Source: Flavobacteriales bacterium
GTDB lineage: Bacteria; Bacteroidota; Bacteroidia; Flavobacteriales_C; GCA-002722245
NCBI GenBank assembly: GCA_045561495.1
Contig: JBJKXR010000007.1
Span: forward strand, 1 to 55,829
Direction: 5' to 3'
Length of the DNA stretch: 55,829 nt
Shown here in pieces: positions 41,274 to 50,862 of this stretch; the stretch's first letter is position 1, and the number at the start of each line of letters is the position of its first letter. The notes below the pieces were generated by a model that was not told the origin of the DNA, made no database searches, and saw nothing but the letters and a program-made list of their open reading frames with translations. The position numbers and the translations under genes were made by a program.

Positions 41274-42017
41274 TTGAATTTTAAAAGGAAAAATATTATC
41301 CTAACAGGGTTTCTTTGCCTTGTTTATACTTTTCTGTTTTCAGGAGAAAAGTACGTAAAGTATGGAATGGGCTACAAAACTTATGAATTCACCTCCCACA
41401 ACAATTTAATTCATTCGGGAAGATATCTTTATGGGGGGTTTTCCTACGAATTCGGAAACCAATATTTAAATAGGGTGCAGTTTCAAGTTTCCAATTCTAA
41501 TCGTGAAGTCAAACTTGACATCCTTTACGTATCTGCAGCTACAGCAGCAAATATTTATTATGACTTTGCAATCCAGACGATCTCTCTAAAAAAGTATACG
41601 CATTATTTTGGGCTTCACGTAGGTAATGATTTCAATTTGAACTTTTTTCCAAAAATAGATGCTAGAAACCTTTTATGGTTTAATCAATCTTTTACTGGGA
41701 TATCAATGATGAGCAAATACAAACTAAACAACAATAACCGTATAGATTTTAGTACCCACATTCCGATTCTATCAACTATTTTACACAATAGATTAAACCG
41801 CCTAACAAGTGAAATTCCTGGAAATAGGCTAATTCAATCCTACTCAGGACTTGCCAATAAGCTATTTAATGCCGATGCAGAAATCGGATATATATTTTCA
41901 AAATTCGGGTTTGGTTGGGGAATATATTATCAGATTGAAATAAATAGAATGAGCGAAACAGCCAGTAATCGTTTAACCGGCATAGCACAATCAGCCTCAT
42001 TAAGAATAATATATTGA
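41274..42017 (+). CDS. Hypothetical secreted protein, probable outer-membrane beta-barrel
   Basis: Signal-like N-terminus, alternating aromatic/Gly strands, C-terminal SLRIIY. Confidence 0.6.
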   Translation: MNFKRKNIILTGFLCLVYTFLFSGEKYVKYGMGYKTYEFTSHNNLIHSGRYLYGGFSYEFGNQYLNRVQFQVSNSNREVKLDILYVSAATAANIYYDFAIQTISLKKYTHYFGLHVGNDFNLNFFPKIDARNLLWFNQSFTGISMMSKYKLNNNNRIDFSTHIPILSTILHNRLNRLTSEIPGNRLIQSYSGLANKLFNADAEIGYIFSKFGFGWGIYYQIEINRMSETASNRLTGIAQSASLRIIY

Positions 42018-42071
42018 TAAATAAACGCTCGTTTATAAAATTCATCAAATTAAGCGTTTACCTTTACCTTA

Positions 42072-42692
42072 TTGAAGACAATTAAAGAAAATATAGGCGC
42101 TTTTAGCATTTTCATTCTCTTTTTTATTACTGGATTTGCTTTTGTTATTTCTTTTCCAAAACTCGAAATACAACAATATATAAACTCTTTTTATCACCCC
42201 ATTGGAAATAGTATATTTAAATTTATAACTCACTTAGCTGAGGGATGGCTTACTGTACCTCTCTTAATTTTTCTTCTTATCTACAATTGGAGAAAAGGCT
42301 TATATATAGGTTTTTCATATGCGATATCCTCAATATTAGTTGCTCTTTTAAAACGTCTTGTTTTCTCAAATTTTAAAAGACCGCATGGGTTTAAAGAATT
42401 AATTGAAAATAAAGAATACAATTGGCTGTACGAGGTTGAAATGCCGTCTAACCTTAGCTTTCCTAGCGGACACACTACTGTGGCTTTTTGTGTTTTCTTT
42501 GGATTAGCACTCATTATTCCCAATAAAACAATAGGAACTGCTTTAGTCGTATTAGCCGTATTAGTTGGCTTTTCTAGAACGTATCTTTCTTATCATTTTT
42601 TAATGGATGTGGTGGCGGGATCACTACTTGGTATTGTAACTGCAATAGGAATGTATTATGCGCTAAGAAAAAAGTTAAAACTGCAATTTTAG
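42072..42692 (+). CDS. PAP2-family membrane phosphatase
   Basis: K......RP, SFPSGH, SRTYLSYHF..DV.AG. Confidence 0.92.
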   Translation: MKTIKENIGAFSIFILFFITGFAFVISFPKLEIQQYINSFYHPIGNSIFKFITHLAEGWLTVPLLIFLLIYNWRKGLYIGFSYAISSILVALLKRLVFSNFKRPHGFKELIENKEYNWLYEVEMPSNLSFPSGHTTVAFCVFFGLALIIPNKTIGTALVVLAVLVGFSRTYLSYHFLMDVVAGSLLGIVTAIGMYYALRKKLKLQF

Positions 42693-42732
42693 ATGAATTG
42701 CGCTTGTTTTCATCCATCCTTTAATAAAAATA

Positions 42733-43860
42733 TTAAATCTCAAAAAATTCACTAGTAATATAATCAGCCATGAGTTTACCTTGATTGGTTAAGCGATATT
42801 CATCACCAAAAAAAGCCAGTTGACCTGCTCTCAAAAACGTAGCTGTTTTTGCTCTAAACCCTTCAATATACATAGGAAATAAAAGTTCAAGCTCTCGGAC
42901 ATTTAAACCCTTTGAAGTTCTTAAACGCGTCATAACAAACTCATTAAAAAAATCTTTTTCTGTTAATTCTTCGGTTTCATAATAATCCGAACCAGATTCT
43001 ATTTTTTTAATATAACCTATGTTATTTGCAATATTAAAAGTTCTAACATTATTGTAAAAACTATGTGCTGATGGGCCGATACCTATGTATTGTTTTTGTT
43101 CCCAATAAGCCGAGTTATGCTTGCTTTTATATCCACTTTTAGCATAATTCGATATTTCATATTGCAAATATTTATGGTTACTCAACTTTTCCATGATAAG
43201 CTGAAATTGACGAATTGATTTTTCTTGGCTTAATTCTTCAATTTTCCCTTTTTTTATTAATTGTATTAATGCTGTTTGCTCTTCAACGGTTAAATTATAA
43301 CAAGAAATATGAGGAATATCTAGTTCAATAACCTTGTCTAAATTTTTAATTAACTGTTTATCCGATAATAGGGGAAGAGCAAACATGAAATCGATAGAAA
43401 AATTATCAAATCCTGCTAATTTTATATATTCAATAGCTTGTATGGCTTGTTTAGAATCATGCACCCTGTTCATTTGCTCTAAATCCTCCTCGAAAAAAGA
43501 TTGTACACCAAGACTAACCCTGTTAATCCCTTTTGATTTCCAATGCTTTAATTTTTGTAAACTTATATCCTCAGGATTTGCTTCAATCGTCATCTCTTCT
43601 ACTGAATTCGTTTCATAATTTGAATGTAGCGAAAGTAAAATAGCATCAATTTCGTGATTTTCCAGTAGTGAAGGCGTTCCTCCGCCAAAATATACTGTAC
43701 GAACCTTAACATTTTTAAACACAGACTTTTTATACTCTAATTCCGTACAAATCGAAGCAATCATTTCAGAGCGATAGCTTTCAAATGAAGTTGAAAAGTG
43801 AAAGTTACAATAGTAACAAGCTTGTTTACAAAATGGAATATGAATATAAATTCCAGACAT
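42733..43860 (-). CDS. hemW: Radical SAM heme chaperone HemW
   Basis: YIHIPFCKQACYYCNF, GGGTPS, EANP, YEISN, HNSAYW, GIGPSAHS. TACCTTTG -7 element on the minus strand at 43881-43888. Confidence 0.93.
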   Translation of the reverse strand: MSGIYIHIPFCKQACYYCNFHFSTSFESYRSEMIASICTELEYKKSVFKNVKVRTVYFGGGTPSLLENHEIDAILLSLHSNYETNSVEEMTIEANPEDISLQKLKHWKSKGINRVSLGVQSFFEEDLEQMNRVHDSKQAIQAIEYIKLAGFDNFSIDFMFALPLLSDKQLIKNLDKVIELDIPHISCYNLTVEEQTALIQLIKKGKIEELSQEKSIRQFQLIMEKLSNHKYLQYEISNYAKSGYKSKHNSAYWEQKQYIGIGPSAHSFYNNVRTFNIANNIGYIKKIESGSDYYETEELTEKDFFNEFVMTRLRTSKGLNVRELELLFPMYIEGFRAKTATFLRAGQLAFFGDEYRLTNQGKLMADYITSEFFEI

Positions 43861-43968
43861 AAAATGAGTTGATTAACCAACAAAGGTACGACTAATTAAC
43901 ATTTAGTTATGGAATAGGAATTGAATGTAATCATGTTATGTATCATGAACATTGTTATTTTGCAAACA

Positions 43969-46617
43969 ATGAAGGCCGTATTTTTTATATCATTTTTGTT
44001 TTTTGCTCTGACTGTTTTTAGTCAGAAGGAATATAAATATGCTGATATAAAAAAAAACTCTGCTAGAATTGAATTTTTAAATCTATCTAATGAAGCGTTT
44101 ATAGAACTTCCTTCAAAAATTGAAACATGCAAAAAACTTAAGAAATTAAAATTAAACAACAACCGTTTAACTTTTTTACCAACTTGGCTTAAAAATCTAG
44201 AGAACTTAGAAGAGCTTGATATTTCAGGAAATAGAACACTAAATATCAATCAAGCGTTTTCTATTATAAGCAAACTTCCTAAGCTTAAAAAGCTAGTTGC
44301 AAATCATTGCAATATGTTTTATTTACCCGTTGCAATAAGAAGAGTAGAAACATTAAAAGAGGTGAGTATCTCTGATAACCACATCAAGTACTTGCCCCCT
44401 ATTTTTGAATATACGTTTTGGGAAAAGTTAGATCTCTCCTACAACTGTATTGACACACTTCCAAGTACTTTAGTATTTATGAATACTTTGAAATCATTGG
44501 ATTTAAGTTACACGCCTGCAATTGAAAATAAATTCACTTACTATACTGTTGAATTTCTAAAAAACCTAGAAACACTTAAACTTTCAGGAGCCAATATGCT
44601 ACCAAAGGAAATTTGTAAACTTGACTTTATAAAAGAACTTATTTTAACCAATGGAACTTTTGAAAAACTTCCAGAAGAATTTCAAAAAATAAATAATTTA
44701 AGAAAGCTAGATGTTAGAGGTTGTGAAAACTTAAAAATTTCCGATTTAGTTGAGTCTCTAGTTGGTAGTTATTCAACACTTCTAGACCTGAAAATTGGTC
44801 ATAAATCCTTAAATACAATACCCTATAATATTTCAAAACTTAAAAAAATTAGAAGTTTAAAAATTAACAACTCTTGCTTAGAAAAATTATCAAGCTCTAT
44901 TGCTCGTTTTAGGGGGAAAGATATTTCGTTTACAAAATGTAGGTTCCCAAGTCCTTCTGATGTTTTTAAAGAAATAGGGAAGAGTAAAAAAATTAAACGA
45001 ATTTATATTAAAAATTGTGTTTTTGGAAGATCCGATTGGAAAATAGGAGCTTCTGAAAAATTTGAGGAAATTCATATCAACAATTGCTATTTAACCTACC
45101 TACCTTTAAATATTGAAGACTTTCCAAAGCTTAAACTTCTTAATTTATTAGGCAATAAAATTGCAAAAAATAAAATCACATGGAAAACCCCAAAAACAAT
45201 TATTGGAGCAGATTATCAGACTTTATCCTACAACCCTCAAGAACTAAACAACTGGAAATATAATCAAAATCAAAAAACAATAAAACGAATGATTTATACT
45301 GAAGTGGGTGATTTGTTTACACTTCCTTCAGGAGCAAAAGTTGAAGTTCCAGCCGAATGTTTTATTGGAACTGGTAACACTACTATTATTGGAAATGTTA
45401 AACTTGAAATCAAAGAGTTTAGAACCCAAGCTGATTATGCATATACCAAATACCCTACTTATTTGCCAAACGGGGAAGTAGCCGATACAAAATATGCTGT
45501 TGAAATTAGAGCCTTTCACAACAGCAAAGAAGTTTATGTGAAATCTGAGAAACCAATTTTAATTTTCCCTCGATTTAAAAAGGAATATGCTTTGGATAAA
45601 TATTTTTATTTAAACTACAAATCTGAATGGCAAACACTGAACCAAACCGCAAATATTTGCACAAACAATTCTGAGTCACAAATCACCCCTAATTGCATGG
45701 ATTATTCAAACATTCCGAAAATAACGCAAGATTTGAAAGTATCAAAGGTATTTGTTAAACTGATGCGAAAAAAAAAGAAGAAAAAACTAAACTTTGAAAT
45801 TACGCCTGAATATGGGTACAGAGAACAATTATTAAATCCTTTTGGAGATAAAATTAAAGGTTATCCAGAACTTAAACATTACAAAGGAATAAAATGGAGG
45901 TATGTTGGCGACAGTTTAGAAAATGATTTAAAAAGACTTTATTTCTTATCCGATGAGGCGAAAATTGAAAAATTGAAAAAATACAGCTCGCTAAAAGCTT
46001 ATGTTTTAGATATTAAAGACATTAGAATTTATCCTAATCCAAATGACGATAACTATTTAATTCAATGTATTCAAGGAAGAGATACATTTTCAATTGAAGC
46101 GCTTCCATTCATTACTGTTTATAAAGCAAAAAAAATTCAAAGATGGCATAAAGTGAAATATAGAAAATATAAGAAAGTATTGGAAAAAAGAAAAGAAAAA
46201 TGGTTGAAATTGGACACCACTTTTATCAATCGTTATGAAAACTTTGAAGCTCACTTAGAAGCCTTTAGAATTTATAATTTAAAGGCTCTATATTCCATTA
46301 ATAAACAAAATAACAGTAAAAAATCTGGACAAACTTTAAAAATCTTTAAACCTGGATTGTATCAAATGGCTATTCCATTACTCATTAACAAAGGAGAATT
46401 GAAAAAACCAATTTATTACATTAACGGAAAACGATTTCATCCTCAAAAAGTACTAGTTAGTAACGTATCCAAAGGCTATAATTTTTGGTCAAATCCAAAA
46501 GAAATTCCAAAAGAAAAAGGCGTTTATAAAATTAGCGCTGTTTTAGATGATGTTTTATATTCAGGTGTATGGGGAATAAATAATAAAGTAACCTTTGAAA
46601 AAGTTAAAGCAAAATGA
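43969..46617 (+). CDS. Large secreted leucine-rich-repeat protein with unknown C-terminal domains
   Basis: Signal peptide from ATG 43969, many LxxLxLxxN/C repeats over about the first 400 aa, then a beta-rich region and a Lys-rich region. Confidence 0.85.
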   Translation: MKAVFFISFLFFALTVFSQKEYKYADIKKNSARIEFLNLSNEAFIELPSKIETCKKLKKLKLNNNRLTFLPTWLKNLENLEELDISGNRTLNINQAFSIISKLPKLKKLVANHCNMFYLPVAIRRVETLKEVSISDNHIKYLPPIFEYTFWEKLDLSYNCIDTLPSTLVFMNTLKSLDLSYTPAIENKFTYYTVEFLKNLETLKLSGANMLPKEICKLDFIKELILTNGTFEKLPEEFQKINNLRKLDVRGCENLKISDLVESLVGSYSTLLDLKIGHKSLNTIPYNISKLKKIRSLKINNSCLEKLSSSIARFRGKDISFTKCRFPSPSDVFKEIGKSKKIKRIYIKNCVFGRSDWKIGASEKFEEIHINNCYLTYLPLNIEDFPKLKLLNLLGNKIAKNKITWKTPKTIIGADYQTLSYNPQELNNWKYNQNQKTIKRMIYTEVGDLFTLPSGAKVEVPAECFIGTGNTTIIGNVKLEIKEFRTQADYAYTKYPTYLPNGEVADTKYAVEIRAFHNSKEVYVKSEKPILIFPRFKKEYALDKYFYLNYKSEWQTLNQTANICTNNSESQITPNCMDYSNIPKITQDLKVSKVFVKLMRKKKKKKLNFEITPEYGYREQLLNPFGDKIKGYPELKHYKGIKWRYVGDSLENDLKRLYFLSDEAKIEKLKKYSSLKAYVLDIKDIRIYPNPNDDNYLIQCIQGRDTFSIEALPFITVYKAKKIQRWHKVKYRKYKKVLEKRKEKWLKLDTTFINRYENFEAHLEAFRIYNLKALYSINKQNNSKKSGQTLKIFKPGLYQMAIPLLINKGELKKPIYYINGKRFHPQKVLVSNVSKGYNFWSNPKEIPKEKGVYKISAVLDDVLYSGVWGINNKVTFEKVKAK

Positions 46618-47327
46618 TTAAATCTATTTTCTCTCTTCTACTCGTTCTCTCTGTGACAACAACAGAAAAAAATGTAAGTAAAAATCAAGACTATTTTAAT
46701 AAAGAGGTTTATCTCAAATCTGCCAAAACAAAAAAATTGGGTGTGAAAACATTAAATCATACGCTATTGAATGAAACCGTTTTCAAACTGGTGAATAACA
46801 AAAGACGAAAAAAAGGACTGGACGCTCTAACTTATGCTTCAGCCTTGAATAAAGTTTCCCTTAAATTTCAAGACAAACTTGAATTAAGACGTTTTGCAAA
46901 TACATCTTCCATAGAGAGAAAAATTAGCAGAACACTATACAACAAAACAAAAAGTGCAGGATTTGACGGTGGATTGGTTGTCCCTGTTGTGGGTGAATAT
47001 GAAGCTTTAGATTATGACGGCAAATCAGAATTCTTTTACAACAGGAACGAAAAACAATCAGAATTCAAATTGTTCTATGGTAAAAAGCCAAGAAAAAGTG
47101 AACTAAATCCTTCTAGAACAGAAATACAGGCTCTGGATTATTACAGTTTTGCAAAAAAAATCCTTAAAAAACTTGAATCTGAAAATAAAAAAGAACTCTA
47201 TTCAAAGGCCTATAAATGGGGAGGTGTACACTTACAATGGTATTATAAATCATTGAACAAAAGAAAAATACCTCAAATTAAGATGATTTTTATACTTGGG
47301 GGATATGCAACAGCTGGAATGCGATAG
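46614..47327 (+). CDS. Hypothetical secreted protein, degenerate CAP/SCP-like fold
   Basis: Signal peptide; LVNNKRRKKGLDAL...ALNKVS resembles the CAP helix 1 pattern; ATGA overlap with the LRR gene. Confidence 0.6.
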   Translation: MIKSIFSLLLVLSVTTTEKNVSKNQDYFNKEVYLKSAKTKKLGVKTLNHTLLNETVFKLVNNKRRKKGLDALTYASALNKVSLKFQDKLELRRFANTSSIERKISRTLYNKTKSAGFDGGLVVPVVGEYEALDYDGKSEFFYNRNEKQSEFKLFYGKKPRKSELNPSRTEIQALDYYSFAKKILKKLESENKKELYSKAYKWGGVHLQWYYKSLNKRKIPQIKMIFILGGYATAGMR

Positions 47328-47370
47328 AAAACCTTGATGCATAACACTTCATGATTGATGTGAAATGGTC

Positions 47371-47378
47371 TATCTTTG
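47371..47378 (+). promoter_or_regulatory. Bacteroidota -7 promoter element (cyoE operon)
   Basis: TATCTTTG about 20 nt before TTG 47397. Confidence 0.55.
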
Positions 47379-47396
47379 TAGTATATAATATTAGAT

Positions 47397-48308
47397 TTGG
47401 CAAGCACTAATACAAATAAAGATTACTCTTTAATCTATGACATTAAGGAGTTTATAAAGTTTCGATTGGCCTTATTGGTTGTTTTCACAGCTGCAATAAC
47501 ATACATAACTGCACTTAAATTTAACCACAAAGAAATAGATTGGATATCCGCATTTTGGTTATGTTTTGGTGGAATGCTCGTAACCGTTGGTTCAAATGGT
47601 TTTAATCAAATATTTGAAAAAAACTTGGACAAGTTAATGTCCAGAACTAAAAACCGTCCCCTACCAACGGGAAGAATGTCTTTAACAACTGCATGGTCCA
47701 TAACCTTAGTTTGTGGAATTTCTGGATCTTTGATTTTATGGTTTAAACTCAATCCTTTAACAGGTATACTAGGGTTGTTAAGTTTAATTTTATACTCTTT
47801 TGTATATACTCCAATGAAACAAAAAACACCTTGGGCAGTTTTAATTGGAGCATTTCCAGGAGCTGCGCCACCCCTAATTGGCTGGGCCGCTTGTGAAGCA
47901 GTTGATTTCATGTGGATATCACCAGTAGCTTTATCGGTATTTTGTATTCAATTTATGTGGCAATTCCCTCATTTTTGGGCAATAGCATGGAGATGCCACG
48001 ACGATTATCAAAAAGCTGGTTTTCAATTATTACCTTCTTCGGCTGGAAAAGATGCAAAAAGTGCGTTTCAAATATTAATATACACCTTATTTATGGTGCC
48101 AATTGCAATGCTGCCCTGCCATCCAGATTTTGGTCTCGCAGGTTTCACATCCAGCTTGATTGTTTTAACGCTAGGAATTATTATGCTATACCCGGCAATT
48201 ATGTTGATGAAAACATTAGATGAAAAATGGGCGACAAAATTAATGTTTGCCTCTTTTATATACTTACCGCTAGTGCTTATTACATTTTTAACCGATCAAT
48301 TTTATTAA
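47397..48308 (+). CDS. cyoE: Protoheme IX farnesyltransferase (heme o synthase)
   Basis: NQIFE...D.LMSRT.NRPLP.G, YT.MK, GAFPGA.PPLIGW, WQFPHFWAIAW. Confidence 0.96.
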   Translation: MASTNTNKDYSLIYDIKEFIKFRLALLVVFTAAITYITALKFNHKEIDWISAFWLCFGGMLVTVGSNGFNQIFEKNLDKLMSRTKNRPLPTGRMSLTTAWSITLVCGISGSLILWFKLNPLTGILGLLSLILYSFVYTPMKQKTPWAVLIGAFPGAAPPLIGWAACEAVDFMWISPVALSVFCIQFMWQFPHFWAIAWRCHDDYQKAGFQLLPSSAGKDAKSAFQILIYTLFMVPIAMLPCHPDFGLAGFTSSLIVLTLGIIMLYPAIMLMKTLDEKWATKLMFASFIYLPLVLITFLTDQFY

Positions 48309-48311
48309 GTT

Positions 48312-48827
48312 ATGAGAAGTAGTATTCCAAAAGAAGAAAGATTAGAAATTAAAAAGAAGACAAGTAAAAACATGATGTATTTGGCCATTGGGTCAATGAT
48401 TATGCTTTTTCTAGGGTTATCCAGTGGATATTACATTTCTAAATCTGGTCCAATATGGGTTTCAATAACCATTCCACAGGAGTTTTTTATTAGTTCAGGG
48501 ATTATAATAATAAGTAGTATTACTATTTTTATTGCTCTAAAATTGGCTAAAAAAGGAAACTTCAAACTGTTGCCTTTTTTTATGATTATCACATTAATCC
48601 TTGGTTTATTGTTTGTGAAGTTTCAAAGAGACGGCTGGAAACACATGAAATCTAGAGGTATGTATTTGAGTGATGTTGTTAAGATTGATGGGTTAATCAA
48701 AAATAAGGACGTTGAATATGGAGTAGATTACAAAATATTTATGAACGACAACGAATTAAAATACGAAGATGGAGTGTTTTATGACAAAAGAGATGATTAC
48801 AATTCAATTCTGTTTATCCAAGTTTAG
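48312..48827 (+). CDS. ctaE: Cytochrome c oxidase subunit III-like protein, N-terminal part (frameshifted)
   Basis: S.IMLF.GL.SGY, P..F.ISS.III.SS, LG.LF...Q..GW; continues in the -1 frame. Confidence 0.8.
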   Translation: MRSSIPKEERLEIKKKTSKNMMYLAIGSMIMLFLGLSSGYYISKSGPIWVSITIPQEFFISSGIIIISSITIFIALKLAKKGNFKLLPFFMIITLILGLLFVKFQRDGWKHMKSRGMYLSDVVKIDGLIKNKDVEYGVDYKIFMNDNELKYEDGVFYDKRDDYNSILFIQV

Positions 48828-49048
48828 ATGCAGACAATGTTTCAAGCAGCTGGATGTATATTTTAACGGGACTTCACCTCGCTCACCTTATCGGCGGTAT
48901 AATATCCTTAATTGTAGTGACAATCAAGAGTTTACTTAAAAAGTATACTGCAAATGATATTGTAGGAATTGAAGTTAGTTCTATTTATTGGCACTTTTTA
49001 GATTTTTTGTGGTTATCTTTATTGTCCCTACTCTATTTTGTAGGCTAA
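48797..49048 (+). CDS. ctaE: Cytochrome c oxidase subunit III-like protein, C-terminal part (frameshifted)
   Basis: The frame is open from 48797: ...VYPSLDADNVSSSWMYILTGLHLAHLIGG...YWHFLDFLW. Confidence 0.82.
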   Translation, partial: LQFNSVYPSLDADNVSSSWMYILTGLHLAHLIGGIISLIVVTIKSLLKKYTANDIVGIEVSSIYWHFLDFLWLSLLSLLYFVG

Positions 49049-49076
49049 TTGAGAAAAACTTAAATTTTTATTTAAA

Positions 49077-49766
49077 ATGGCAGGAGAAGTAAGCAAGGCT
49101 ATTCCAGCTAAAGAGCTTTGGGAAGGAGGAAGATCACCTTTTAGCATGAGTTATGGTAAAATGATGATGTGGCTCTTCCTGATTTCGGACGCATTAACAT
49201 TTGGAGCATTTATAGTTTCTTTGGGTTGGTTTCGTTATACCTACCCATCTTGGCCGGTTTCTGACCAAGTATTCTTTCACATCCCATTTGTTCATGGTAA
49301 TTTTCCTTTAGCCTATGTGGCTTTTATGACTTTTGTTTTAATCATTTCGTCGGTAACAATGGTTCTAGCTGTTGAAGCAGGGCACAGAAATGACAAATCA
49401 GGTGTTGTAAAATGGATGATTGCTACTATAATTGGAGGATTTATTTTCTTAGGATCTCAAGTTTGGGAGTGGTCAACGTTTATTGCTGGTACAGATGGTT
49501 TGATTCAAACTTGGTATGATAATGCAACCATTACATCCAATCCATATGGACCACCTCAATATGCTCAGTTTTTCTATTGCGTAACTGGATTCCATGGATT
49601 CCATGTGTTCTCAGGAGTAATTATTAATATTGTTATATGTATAAATGCCATAGGCGGAACTTACGCAAGAAGAGGACATTATGAAATGGTTGAAAAAGTA
49701 GGTTTGTATTGGCACTTTGTAGACTTAGTTTGGGTATTTGTCTTTACTTTTTACTACCTACTCTAA
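49077..49766 (+). CDS. ctaE: Cytochrome c oxidase subunit III
   Basis: GKMMMWLFL.SDA.TF, SSVTMV.AV, TGFHGFHV, GLYWHFVDLVW. Confidence 0.93.
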   Translation: MAGEVSKAIPAKELWEGGRSPFSMSYGKMMMWLFLISDALTFGAFIVSLGWFRYTYPSWPVSDQVFFHIPFVHGNFPLAYVAFMTFVLIISSVTMVLAVEAGHRNDKSGVVKWMIATIIGGFIFLGSQVWEWSTFIAGTDGLIQTWYDNATITSNPYGPPQYAQFFYCVTGFHGFHVFSGVIINIVICINAIGGTYARRGHYEMVEKVGLYWHFVDLVWVFVFTFYYLL

Positions 49767-49795
49767 ACGCGATTAATTAGAAATCATACAATCTA

Positions 49796-50176
49796 ATGGA
49801 AAGAGACGATATTAAAGAATATTCATTAGGAGCTCAACACTCTGAAGAGGAAGGAAGAAAAATCCGAAAGAACATAGTTAAAGTAACTATCCTTCTCACA
49901 ATAATCACAGCAGTTGAAGTAATTGTCGGGATATTGTATTCTAGAAGTAATCCCGATGTTTCAGAGCGTGCGTGGACTATGATTAAATATGGATATATAG
50001 TTCTCACGCTTGTAAAAGCAGGCTATATTGTTATGGAATTTATGCACTTGGGACATGAACGAAAAGGAATGAAGCTAACAGTTCTAGTTCCTTATATCGT
50101 TTTCGTTTTATACCTTATTTTTATTTCAATAACTGAGGCTCTCGCTGTAGGCGAATCTAATTTCCCTCTTAATTAA
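49796..50176 (+). CDS. Cytochrome c oxidase subunit IV family protein
   Basis: L.IIT.VEV, LTLVKA.YIV.EFMHL.HE. Confidence 0.88.
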   Translation: MERDDIKEYSLGAQHSEEEGRKIRKNIVKVTILLTIITAVEVIVGILYSRSNPDVSERAWTMIKYGYIVLTLVKAGYIVMEFMHLGHERKGMKLTVLVPYIVFVLYLIFISITEALAVGESNFPLN

Positions 50177-50190
50177 AAAACCCTGCGAAG

Positions 50191-50862
50191 ATGGTAGAAA
50201 AAAGAATATCATCTCCTAAAAAGAAATTACTTTACACAGGTCTTTTCATAGTTCCTTTTTTAATAGCAATGGGACTTATTTACATATCTGTAAATCTGGG
50301 CACTCTTCCTATAATGAATAGTGATAGCGAATTTGTAAAATTAAAATACAAAAACCCGCCCGAATACTACACTATCCCAGAGTTCTCTCTTCCAACATTC
50401 AGTAATGATAGCGTCCACTTTAGACATAAAGATTCTATATTATACATGATTACTATGTTCCATAAAGAAAATGTTAAAGAATGGGAGAAACATGTTTTAT
50501 ATATAGGTAGTAAAATTATCAAAAGAGCCAATAACATAAAGGTTATTTCAATTTTTGAAAATGATCCAAAAATGAATTTATGGAAGGAGTCTCCCATTGA
50601 ATATGTCAAATCTGTATCAAACAAATGGTATTTAGCTCATGCATCTGAGGATGAATTTGAAAAAATAAAAAATAGTTTAAAACTAGAACTAAATGATAGC
50701 ACTCAAATGTATGATTACGTTTTAGTCGATAAAGATGAACATATTCGAGCTCACTGTTCCATCAACGATGCAAAAGTTGCTCGAGACATTCCTAAAATGT
50801 TTAAATTATTAAACAATCAATATGTCCCAAGGAAACTGGATATTAAACAAATTAAAAAGTAG
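50191..50862 (+). CDS. Membrane-anchored hypothetical protein, degenerate SCO/thioredoxin-like
   Basis: N-terminal TM, YTIPEFS, VLVDKD.HIR as in SCO proteins, but no CxxxC. Confidence 0.6.
   Translation: MVEKRISSPKKKLLYTGLFIVPFLIAMGLIYISVNLGTLPIMNSDSEFVKLKYKNPPEYYTIPEFSLPTFSNDSVHFRHKDSILYMITMFHKENVKEWEKHVLYIGSKIIKRANNIKVISIFENDPKMNLWKESPIEYVKSVSNKWYLAHASEDEFEKIKNSLKLELNDSTQMYDYVLVDKDEHIRAHCSINDAKVARDIPKMFKLLNNQYVPRKLDIKQIKK

Noticed and set aside
43969-46617. NLR-like or TIR anti-phage immune protein
   Set aside because: It has a signal peptide, and I see no Walker A/NACHT, Roc-COR or TIR motif.
47334-47347. FNR-like box upstream of cyoE (TTGAT-GCAT-AACAC)
   Set aside because: The right half matches only 3 of 5 positions, which is too weak without conservation data.
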